The position numbers were made by a program, and so were the translations under genes. Below are positions 27,301-32,571 of a DNA stretch of 64,000 nt, in pieces (the first letter of the stretch is position 1; each line of letters starts with the position of its first letter). The notes under the pieces are model-generated. The model had not been told where the DNA came from and did not search any database. It was given only the letters and a program-made list of their open reading frames with translations. The stretch lies in the IMG/VR virus record IMGVR_UViG_3300034118_000426, one strand, 5' to 3'. Source of the DNA: an uncultured virus (IMG/VR IMGVR_UViG_3300034118_000426) (lineage: Duplodnaviria; Heunggongvirae; Uroviricota; Caudoviricetes).

Positions 27301-29562
27301 CTTGATTAGATTACTTGCGTCTCTAAAACGACCAGTTTCTGCAGTAATATTTGGATTTACATAAGGAATATTCTGAAGATTTGGGTATTTCTCTAAAATA
27401 TATCCAAATGCTTCAGATTGAATAAATGTCTTGTTAGCATCAATTAAATTGGCAGCATCTTGTCTGAGATTATACTCAGTAGTAAATCCAACACCCGTAG
27501 GATTTAAGGTTGATAGAGATGCTGTCCACTTCTTAAATCCAGAATGAATCAAATCTGCTGATTTAGCACCAGAAGCATCTAATTTTACAAAGATTTTTTC
27601 GTTTCTCTTAGCACCAAGTCTATAACCGTCAATAGAAGCTGCTGGGCGATCTTCTGGATTGCGAGCATCTTCTGCGCCCAAATAAAGTCTCGTTGAGTTT
27701 GGATTTAGCGAAGTGCCTCTTACTAGAGGTACATCAAATGTATAATATTGCTTTCTAATTGTCTTTAATGTAGACAGTGATTTTGGTGGGATAATATCCG
27801 TAACATATCCACCTTTATCTTGGTTGAAAGCAAATCCTTTGTAACCAATAGCATGGAGTGAGGTATTACCAAAGTTCGAGTTTGAGTTGGTGATAGACAT
27901 ATCACCACCAGACTCCATTAGGAAGTGATCAGCAAAACCTACAGCGAAGATCGAAACGCACTGAATGAAGGAGTCATCAGATGCCTTAACGTGGAAGTTT
28001 CTCCAATCGTCTTTCCAGTATGCGTCACCCTTGATGTGATAAGGAGTTGTAGCAAACGCATCAGTTAGAGGTGCCTGATTCCATGTGTTGCTGAACTCAT
28101 CGTAGCGAATAAACGCACGATCGTCTTTCTGTAGAGAAACACCAGTGTACTGAGCGATAACCATGGATTTGAAACCAGTGGCTTTCTTACCATCTGCCCA
28201 GATACCACAAATACCCCAAGTCGAACGAATCGAAACGTTGAAGACGTATGGTGATGCTGATTCTACGCTATCCACCTCCGCCTGTACGGTAGCATTGGTG
28301 TCAAGAGCAGGGGATGAAGCAGCAGTGTAAGTTGTGCCACTAACAAGACCCAATCCAGTGGCGGTCGCTGGTACTCTATAAGTAAATACTTTGGGGTCTG
28401 TTGGACTGATGCTGAATACCTGAAATACTCCATTTAGAGTATCATTTAAACCATTATTAGTAATAGCAACATATTGACCAGGAAAAAATCCATGATTAAT
28501 TTTCGTGCGTACCGTTAATGTAGCAACACCAGCAGGAGAAGAATCATCAATTCTTACCTCATCAAGACGAATAGCATCCTGTAGAGGACCAACAATTCTA
28601 TTTTCTTGTACTCTAAAATCAAATTCTCTATTACGAATAACCATCAACGTCCATTTATTTGGATTTGTTGATGGAACTGAATTTGTTGAAGATGAGGAAG
28701 CTTGATATGCTTGACCATTATAAAGAACTTTATCCCCAGCAGTATAAGTAGTGGTGGAAGACCAATATTCTGTTACAGGAAGAGTTTGACCCTCTACATA
28801 TACATCATCAATAGGTGGTTGGAAATCGCTGAATACGTGAGAAATCTTTCTGTAAAGAAGACCAAGATCCTGTCTATCAGCAAAAACAAAGTTTGTAATC
28901 TTGTGGTGTGAAAACTCAGGAACGAGTTTAGTTACAGTGTCGTTTGGTTGAGTGTAAACTTTACCAATACCAGCAGTGGCATCGTAAAGAGGAGAATTAG
29001 AAGAAAGATCTCCATCCTGAATAGTGAACTGCCAGAAATAACAACCACCAGTTACATTAAATAAGGCACAACGAGGAACATCTTTGTCCGCAGGATCAGG
29101 AACATAAAGTGGACGTAGTTGAGTTCTACGCAAATCCATACCTACAAGAGATGTACCTCTAGGAATTGTAGCACCACCATCACGTCCATTAAATTTATAA
29201 AGAATGTTATTTGGATCGCTTAGATTAAAACTTACATTGCTGTTTGTTTCCCACTCGCCAAGTGCTTGATTATACTGAAAAACAGGTAGATCTGCTACGT
29301 TTTCTATGCCTGGGCGGTTGTCAATGTGGTGTACACCAGGAGACAACATGATCGTAAATTGATCGAAACGATCATTGTCAATTCCTGGGAGATACGAGAA
29401 TCTTGCTACTTCAAGAAAAGCTCTCTGAATGCTTACGAATGGTCTTGTTGGTGAATTTCCTCTGTTGTCTAACGCATCTGTAGCATTAAAGTCGTCAGGA
29501 GAAACATAAAGATACTTACCAGTCTTACTTGAAAGTAGATTATCTAATCTCGTTAATGGCAT
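18310..29562 (-). CDS. giant tail fibre/virion protein (3750 aa): beta-helix-like N-terminus, CBM5/12-like insert, four nested phycobiliprotein-like domains, beta-barrel repeats and a fibre-type C-terminus
   Basis: N-terminus YLYVSPDD...RGNSPTRPFVSIQRA is typical of cyanophage fibres. Four KCKRD repeats. HG...G..V beta-barrel repeats. Late promoter upstream. Confidence 0.85.
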   Translation of the reverse strand: MPLTRLDNLLSSKTGKYLYVSPDDFNATDALDNRGNSPTRPFVSIQRAFLEVARFSYLPGIDNDRFDQFTIMLSPGVHHIDNRPGIENVADLPVFQYNQALGEWETNSNVSFNLSDPNNILYKFNGRDGGATIPRGTSLVGMDLRRTQLRPLYVPDPADKDVPRCALFNVTGGCYFWQFTIQDGDLSSNSPLYDATAGIGKVYTQPNDTVTKLVPEFSHHKITNFVFADRQDLGLLYRKISHVFSDFQPPIDDVYVEGQTLPVTEYWSSTTTYTAGDKVLYNGQAYQASSSSTNSVPSTNPNKWTLMVIRNREFDFRVQENRIVGPLQDAIRLDEVRIDDSSPAGVATLTVRTKINHGFFPGQYVAITNNGLNDTLNGVFQVFSISPTDPKVFTYRVPATATGLGLVSGTTYTAASSPALDTNATVQAEVDSVESASPYVFNVSIRSTWGICGIWADGKKATGFKSMVIAQYTGVSLQKDDRAFIRYDEFSNTWNQAPLTDAFATTPYHIKGDAYWKDDWRNFHVKASDDSFIQCVSIFAVGFADHFLMESGGDMSITNSNSNFGNTSLHAIGYKGFAFNQDKGGYVTDIIPPKSLSTLKTIRKQYYTFDVPLVRGTSLNPNSTRLYLGAEDARNPEDRPAASIDGYRLGAKRNEKIFVKLDASGAKSADLIHSGFKKWTASLSTLNPTGVGFTTEYNLRQDAANLIDANKTFIQSEAFGYILEKYPNLQNIPYVNPNITAETGRFRDASNLIKANRQEIIDYAFSQMQTAFPAFTVPGGGNANEKCKRDIGYIVDAIANDLYTGGNSNMIDATRAYFNSSGQPLTNGLAGEETQSVFAFNRAKDWSKKAISNLLTNTSLLNTPTLSASGTTITVTTLTPHNLQPNQFVTVGGATQTAFNGKFQVLSAGLTSTQFRYTVPTAPGVTNATGAIYVSTITIDPVNDDANVGRFKDGSKLITANRQEIIDRAAAEIAVQFPDFYYPGDPQTTSISRYKDAYRLIQQNKQEIVDGAYAEIAIQYPSFTNPDPDKCKRDIEFFIDAVSLDISQGAGNVYTRKFLQQYFTNATTLLPNGLAGEIDQSNVAFVKARNLMKDALTNQLTIKDATITSGPANYSGTGGNIPNTSPNSCADVRLAIDSLTFIVTSNLSAGNITNLAPEQVSTVIPAGETKCKRDIGYIVDSIAQDLFWGGNEFTVGAVREYFTQAGTPISNGLVGESAESVVAFNKARDWCKRALTNQLYTKNLALSTGPATAGGSGGNVSYNASGNGATCTDVQSAVDSLFSIVTSVVNAGSISGLPAVDNGDWDCANVRQTIDTLTNIITSTILAGNLNNLPVRNPGPWSQVSESSKCKRDIGYIVEAITSDLRLGGNVNTINAAEAYYTGNQLDYIENEKLETLDAYRYVRDLAISSMRNHNTYLPNASTTFGSPIVTVNSTVGLVVGMRVRSVNAIPTSSSSTIAYTTTIPSTAYIKKIGDGVNGLASNQIQLGTQGSKLDFGSTVNATATATNVNLYVEFTRGVWTNTLTPSTDSSVIQDYNYLTAGDPATGAPGGECASTASTIVNFYQILSTILNSGIGTVPRVASSINTGALAQRATLFTLTESDSNGLPTSNPHQLETGTPVRLVPRARSGINVDKRLIRLPKGFDTNTVYYVIAPGRITDPFNYSTIGSFNGSNQQNLLLATSEENAAAGIYIYSSETDGIDANVEIDVYQYVLDINYDLHQYQTKIASGSSTILETDRPHAFDRPSTNVEPQLVFFRVGSDITGSSLPTLSSQFGGTTISGKNLYFVRYVNARRFTIHETFANARDNIAPISFQPGSTAVFYTFSNKRRSPLRYDPKIGAAATDGCWYLETLSAGNTIIPRMKQSDYAGRLRTTDSYFERIEDNRTKEDRVYRLRYVIPKNLKTVRDPIRGFVFKIRTDEKRRLLPQRILLKPTSTGADTATLLAPVSGERLGLTTAEQLVLNPNFVSTYDPSAFGNPKRLETTSKVAFTVQSARKVSVNNKNYLQLTAFDIGIDAEAYKTKLFTTVKITSPEGGNGVFVSSIPNSNSTNLISWSGNCSGSGYVHGYFAYENNYYMILKDLTGNSVLDYSSTTPTIFTQGSVTASLISEPNDGRSDITKYPYVVEGANVYTLTPGDRINDDNGVSYTIASVEDVSDMENTFYIFDINTIRRRIPGQQDGVYYLTCVRGNISPYPTGSGVGENFRNFKFSQPISKLYPEFYKNDPEWYKGVDLTTTTLSDPPPTVSTADNYIHGLVTVNDAKNSLTKEMVLDFVQDPGTGGYTFNGTSTIQAQSGTASAGSEGRRIPINGTSQYPTEGKLYVELRRPSIARSGNHTFEYLGFGPGNYSTGFPARQEIILTDVQDFYAQAKKQDAGIVFYTGLNSNGDLYIGNRKINAITGEETFLESAKLVESSDEADVIGGLVTTFDTAVTFNEIITVNGSEGRAESFFNAPIVINNTTAFGSVENFPSLKIVTGEGTVVGYDPYLEVNIAQQKTGDIILHQGRLQTTVVDLNPRGLQDYQIMTALSNRTPDLANTFGLTTNGPSQLQNTDFGTKFPLASGLIQLKGNQTLFTGSLGWIYANDYIRIENRSGGGFNAQIIGIQGAASGTIVRLTWNVGITNAALQISSSSQIRITGATGALAPLNGVWPVYSTVGIPFVPTNNFVNIIVNANLPLYTAIPLPNNGYPVDAVAQPNIVIEKSKAAFKEFGVLGSEAIRTETETIGDYKLGINTVARSAHSAYETAFVSAETTPRANLDVVGTAFISGKKILSYLTETGTTKTQTNRDDALVVGGDSANPLTAAATLRISTNNNGRVGINVNNADLDRTLVVAGNGRITGDFRFQSDIEVNGGDITTTNAVFNIANEANALTFSAGANATTANLFNTTTSSQTVNIGTGVAATGTFNVHNNSYNSIVNIGVVPQITNPATPNAFPSSIITFGGAINNPSQSIFRVRNYQTVLDGTLEIKGTQLLATTPSTEFTLFPSNLTTLKIGPTAGIVEIGGSAGISYIKNGLRVSNKTIFESDIEQNGGFRNASVGATRNTLGTIKISQVSRTGNTATITTTAVHGLTTGMPVRIVCSNSQFTTIGTVNVTVVNTTRFTYTTTGSGTISSTSATGTVIRTGFGKFHNQGQLSGFNGATSSNLNVDYYEYVEDIASSQSITAVLSVTDPSPATKLVINNNYLVSGNSVVFTNTGNFTNVNTTTTYYVVNADLNGVVLSTTSGGSGIVINLASGSTSPGNATLRLKDTLIDTGGASEISSTLTTLPINNPSGINEIGTYFLINTEIVRTTNLPSSVYPYTVEVLRGQDGTAAVAHPDGSKVVKLNKSENATYIFPSSITDVQPSINLAEFSGTFKINDLLRIDKNTADEEFVTISSINPDESQTFEINNGGIGAGKVLTFKVTTTTGDTFARGDVTIGTDTSTSSLNGVDIISGGGNLKVHNSIELSGNTSTTIPAKQYFVITNGSAPRLYVESATGNTRLYNGANLQVFKDSFFSSGVFDKNRLDIASDIAFEVLGASGNTRLSGTLTTGDDVIIKSGLSGTNTITLDAQLGTTVIGKPLSSAATGATLTLNATYSTSAPAITSVFAVENLGINNDKPFRIRLDGSIQAFGRENFYTKNGGRRTISIDAQSGNLNATNQRLQPNTQYLVRPTSELILYLPVASDCVTGDVVRFIDIQGSLNYNVSLKIRSEGGTNIQKTQGGTGGWSGGELIVNTPNAGFGLMFVGDTDSSGVNTIPSDNRGWWIVEV
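24840..27475 (-). repeat. four nested phycobiliprotein-like protein repeats inside the giant fibre
   Basis: Four D-[AG]-x-x-L-I-x-x-N segments, four KCKRD segments and four C-x-x-x-x-x-[AT]-[IV] helices. Confidence 0.8.
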
Positions 29563-29600
29563 TACTCAGTTACCCGTAACTATGGTTATTTCTTCTGAGT

Positions 29601-29608
29601 TATTTATA
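29601..29608 (-). promoter_or_regulatory. T4-type late promoter TATAAATA for the giant fibre
   Basis: tatttata on the plus strand, 38 nt upstream of the ATG at 29562. Confidence 0.8.
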
Positions 29609-29609
29609 C

Positions 29610-29635
29610 AAAAAAACCCAAGGCGAACCTTAGGT
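29610..29635 (-). terminator. Rho-independent terminator after cpeT/tRNA-Thr
   Basis: ACCTAAGG-TTCG-CCTTGGGT followed by a T run. Confidence 0.85.
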
Positions 29636-29660
29636 GTGATTTGACTTCCTTCACACGGAG

Positions 29661-29734
29661 AGCCCCAAGTCGGACTTGAACCAACGACCTACGGTTTACA
29701 AAACCGTTGCTCTATCCAGCTGAGCTATTAGGGC
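29661..29734 (-). tRNA. tRNA-Thr(UGU)
   Basis: GCCCTAA-TAGCTCAGCTGGATAGAGC, anticodon arm ACGGT-TTTGTAA-ACCGT, GGTTCAAGTCC. CCA is not encoded. Confidence 0.95.
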
Positions 29735-30197
29735 ATTTGACGAACTGGAAATTCCCATTAAAGGAACCCCAAACATGTTCGTCGGTATTTATATCGTATC
29801 CCTTGTCAATTACGTGATAGTAACCGTTTCCGAGAATACTTTGTGTTTGTAGATAGGTTTCTTTTCCCGACCAGGAGACAAGACATTCTTTACAGAGATT
29901 TTTGCCGTGAAATTCATCACCTATCAACTCAAATAGTATATCACATCCAGAGAGATATGTCAAGTCGTTTTCTTCTTTGTAATTTTTCACAAGAAGTGTT
30001 GACTCTTGAGGAATGACCTCAATAACTGATTTACGATACGCTCGTTTATCAACATAATATTGTTGAGTACAGCGAAACTGGTTTTTACCAATTTTTTCGT
30101 GAATCATCTCAATCATAGCAAACTTTGTAGGATGAGACATTGCTTGCATACAATTATTAAAATTACCCTCAAAGTATTCACAAAATTTGTCAATCAT
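29712..30197 (-). CDS. cpeT: CpcT/CpeT-family (T-type) phycobiliprotein lyase
   Basis: F.G.F.N..QA...P..F, YR, GCDI.F, F.G....C.V, DKGYD......VWGS..G.F.F.K family pattern. Confidence 0.9.
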   Translation of the reverse strand: MIDKFCEYFEGNFNNCMQAMSHPTKFAMIEMIHEKIGKNQFRCTQQYYVDKRAYRKSVIEVIPQESTLLVKNYKEENDLTYLSGCDILFELIGDEFHGKNLCKECLVSWSGKETYLQTQSILGNGYYHVIDKGYDINTDEHVWGSFNGNFQFVKCPNSSAG

Positions 30198-30456
30198 CTT
30201 TAGGCAATAATTCTGGATTTTCTACTTCTATGTCAAACATCAATGGATGCATTTCTTCCATTATTAAATAATTGGAATAAACATACAAATCTTCATCATC
30301 ATAATCACGATGAGAAAGAGCTTCTGTTTGAACTGATGGATGGTCTTGTATAAGTTGAGGAAGTTCGTCAAACGTATAAGGAAGACCTTGAATGAAATAC
30401 ATACGAACAACCTCACCCATATAAAAACAATATGCTTGAGAAAGTGTGTATTTCAT
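30190..30456 (-). CDS. hypothetical phage protein (MKYTLSQAYCFY...MYFIQGLPYTFDEL)
   Basis: Start moved to 30456 because the longer ORF runs through tRNA-Leu. It overlaps the cpeT start. Confidence 0.8.
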   Translation of the reverse strand: MKYTLSQAYCFYMGEVVRMYFIQGLPYTFDELPQLIQDHPSVQTEALSHRDYDDEDLYVYSNYLIMEEMHPLMFDIEVENPELLPKDD

Positions 30457-30475
30457 TACTTTTCCCACTACACTG

Positions 30476-30482
30476 TATTTAG
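30476..30482 (-). promoter_or_regulatory. late promoter CTAAATA upstream of the hypothetical-cpeT pair
   Basis: tatttag on the plus strand, between tRNA-Leu and the ATG at 30456. Confidence 0.6.
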
Positions 30483-30489
30483 TGAGAAA

Positions 30490-30573
30490 TAGGGACGGGG
30501 GGACTTGAACCCCCACGGGATTGCTCCCAACAGATTTTAAGTCTGGTGTGTCTACCACTTCCACCACATCCCC
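30490..30573 (-). tRNA. tRNA-Leu(UAA)
   Basis: GGGGATG...CAGA-CTTAAAA-TCTG, long variable arm GGGA-GCAA-TCCC, GGTTCAAGTCC. Confidence 0.95.
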
Positions 30574-30586
30574 GTGGTATGACAGT

Positions 30587-30615
30587 ATTATAGCAGGTGC
30601 TCTAGGGACTGTCAA
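30587..30615 (-). promoter_or_regulatory. consensus sigma70 promoter for tRNA-Leu, hypothetical, cpeT and tRNA-Thr
   Basis: Perfect TTGACA-17 nt-TATAAT, with an extended TG. Confidence 0.9.
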
Positions 30616-30616
30616 G

Positions 30617-30689
30617 TGCTGGTTGCGAGGATCGAACTCGCCTATATCCGATTATGAGTCGGGTGCTTTCACCAGATAGCTAAACCAGC
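30617..30689 (-). tRNA. tRNA with CAU anticodon (elongator Met or Ile2)
   Basis: GCTGGTT...CCGA-CTCATAA-TCGG...GCGAG-TTCGATC-CTCGC-AACCAGCA. G1-C72 is paired, so it is not an initiator tRNA. Confidence 0.9.
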
Positions 30690-30690
30690 A

Positions 30691-30879
30691 TTATCTGTAA
30701 ATGAAATTGTCCGACTTAAGAAGTTTGGAACATTTATCCTTAAGTTCAACTAATTCATTGATCGTAGCACATTTAAACGTGATAATCGTTCCATCTTCAC
30801 CTCGGATGACTACCTTCTTATTATAGAGGTCTACTGCGATCTTGTCGAGAGCTTGTTCAGAAGGATTTAAGAAACTCAT
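30691..30879 (-). CDS. hypothetical protein
   Basis: 62-aa ORF with a GAGG RBS, downstream of a promoter. Confidence 0.75.
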   Translation of the reverse strand: MSFLNPSEQALDKIAVDLYNKKVVIRGEDGTIITFKCATINELVELKDKCSKLLKSDNFIYR

Positions 30880-30909
30880 AAGACTCAGACCTCAAAGCGT
30901 CACATTGCT

Positions 30910-30938
30910 AGTTTACCCGTATTTAGGGATTCTGTCAA
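30910..30938 (-). promoter_or_regulatory. composite early promoter with a late CTAAATA inside its spacer
   Basis: TTGACA-gaatccCTAAATAcggg (17 nt)-TAAACT. Confidence 0.75.
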
Positions 30939-31026
30939 GGGGGTGAGCTCGACTTTTTTGACCAAAAATTTGCCGAGATTTTTTTTACGACCTTTTGGTA
31001 ATTAAAGGTCAATTTTGAAATCGCTA

Positions 31027-32559
31027 TTAATTTAAGAAAATTGCTGGAGCAACTAAATTAATCTTGGCGGCTGTAATACCTATAGTTAGTGCGGTAGGTG
31101 GCGTTCCTGGTGTATATGGTCCCGCTGTCATGTAAACTGCTCCTTTGCCAAACATGGCAAGATCAGAAGCATCAGACCCGACATACATTCCTGGTTTATT
31201 CATTTTAATTAGAGATGGTGCCAACGTTTTGTCTAGGATGGGTGTTACAATATCAGCTACAACACTCTTGGCATTTCCAGAAGCAAAGTTGCCCACCTTT
31301 GTACTAAACACTATGTCGCCTTTGGTGATGTTGAATGTGACTCCACCATCAGCAGACAATCCATTTTCCACTAGCAACAATGGTTTAGTAATTTCTGGCG
31401 TTGAGGTTGTTGCTGGCGTAATATCTTTAAACTTATTGTTAATTGTATACGCCGCCTTCGCTGTTATCATTGGAGGAGTTGCTGATGCTGTTGCTATAAC
31501 AGCTGCTAAAGCAGGGTTTGTATTTAAAACTGTAGTTGCTTTCTTGCCGCCAATTGTTTCAAGCATGTCACGAGCGACATTAATATCCAAGTCACCAGCA
31601 GAATTGATGTTCAACGATGAAGCAGCGTTGTCCATTTGAATGGTATATTCTCCATCCACTTTCATAAACTTAGCTGACTCTTGTGTAACCTTTGTTGATG
31701 CTGTATTATTATAAGAACCACATCGCATGTCAATCAATCCACCATATTCCTCTCCTGGCTTTGCTGAACCTGTTTTTTCTCCTGGTCCACCACCAGCGAG
31801 TAATTTGATGTCAGAACCTTTTAACTCTAATGATTTTGCTGCTGCTAAAGTCAGGTTGCCAGCAGATTTAACCGCAACATTTCCACTTCTAACTTCTATT
31901 GCTAAGTCTCCGTTTACAACCAACGAAAATGCTGTTCCCTTTACAGACGGATTCTCTGCTGCTAAGGCATCATTGTCATTGTTTACTTCAATAGCAAGAT
32001 ATTCGTTGATTTTAATTTGAGATGGTCCATCACTATGAATGGACATGTTGCCCGTGTTTGGGTCGTTTGATGGATTTTTAACTGATGATAAAAGCAAAGA
32101 ACCATTTGGTTCTACACGTACTCCAGCTCCTTGTGCTGTTCTCACTTGCCAGAACGCACCACCAGTTAACTCATTATATCCTTCTTGCTTAATTAAATTA
32201 CCACCTTGCGATGTTGTTGTTTCTAGTTTTGTTATGTCTGCTACTTTACTTGCTTGAACATCTGATTCTGGATTTAGTGAACCAGAACTTCCAAATCCCT
32301 GTAGTTCTGGTGGAATCCATGCTCCAATATCTTGAAGCACTCCCATCACTTCAGAACCAAACTGGTCTATCTCATCTTGTATGTCTCCAAGAAAACTATT
32401 GACACCAGAAGTAGCATCTGCTAAACTTGGAAGGTTTAAATTAGCATCTGGGGTGAAGTTTCTTAATCCAGTACCGCACTTCCCGCTTACAGTAGGTCTG
32501 GGAAGACTACGTGCTCCTGTTCTTAAATCGTTCTGTAATTCTAACCAGTTCTTTGGCAT
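31027..32559 (-). CDS. baseplate hub/spike protein, gp5 C-terminal-like beta-strand repeat region
   Basis: Alternating beta-repeats (LVVNGDLAIEVRSGNVAVKSAGNLTL). C-terminal INLVAPAIFLN. Directly after the gp5 N-terminal gene. Confidence 0.65.
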   Translation of the reverse strand: MPKNWLELQNDLRTGARSLPRPTVSGKCGTGLRNFTPDANLNLPSLADATSGVNSFLGDIQDEIDQFGSEVMGVLQDIGAWIPPELQGFGSSGSLNPESDVQASKVADITKLETTTSQGGNLIKQEGYNELTGGAFWQVRTAQGAGVRVEPNGSLLLSSVKNPSNDPNTGNMSIHSDGPSQIKINEYLAIEVNNDNDALAAENPSVKGTAFSLVVNGDLAIEVRSGNVAVKSAGNLTLAAAKSLELKGSDIKLLAGGGPGEKTGSAKPGEEYGGLIDMRCGSYNNTASTKVTQESAKFMKVDGEYTIQMDNAASSLNINSAGDLDINVARDMLETIGGKKATTVLNTNPALAAVIATASATPPMITAKAAYTINNKFKDITPATTSTPEITKPLLLVENGLSADGGVTFNITKGDIVFSTKVGNFASGNAKSVVADIVTPILDKTLAPSLIKMNKPGMYVGSDASDLAMFGKGAVYMTAGPYTPGTPPTALTIGITAAKINLVAPAIFLN

Positions 32560-32571
32560 TTACTTCACCTC

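Noticed and set aside
24840..27475. Free-standing cpcA/cpcB/apc genes or host contamination
   Set aside because: The motifs are in frame inside a phage fibre ORF, interleaved with phage beta-barrel modules, and highly diverged.
30457..30615. N-terminal extension of ORF 30190..30615
   Set aside because: It reads through tRNA-Leu and a promoter. The plausible start is 30456.
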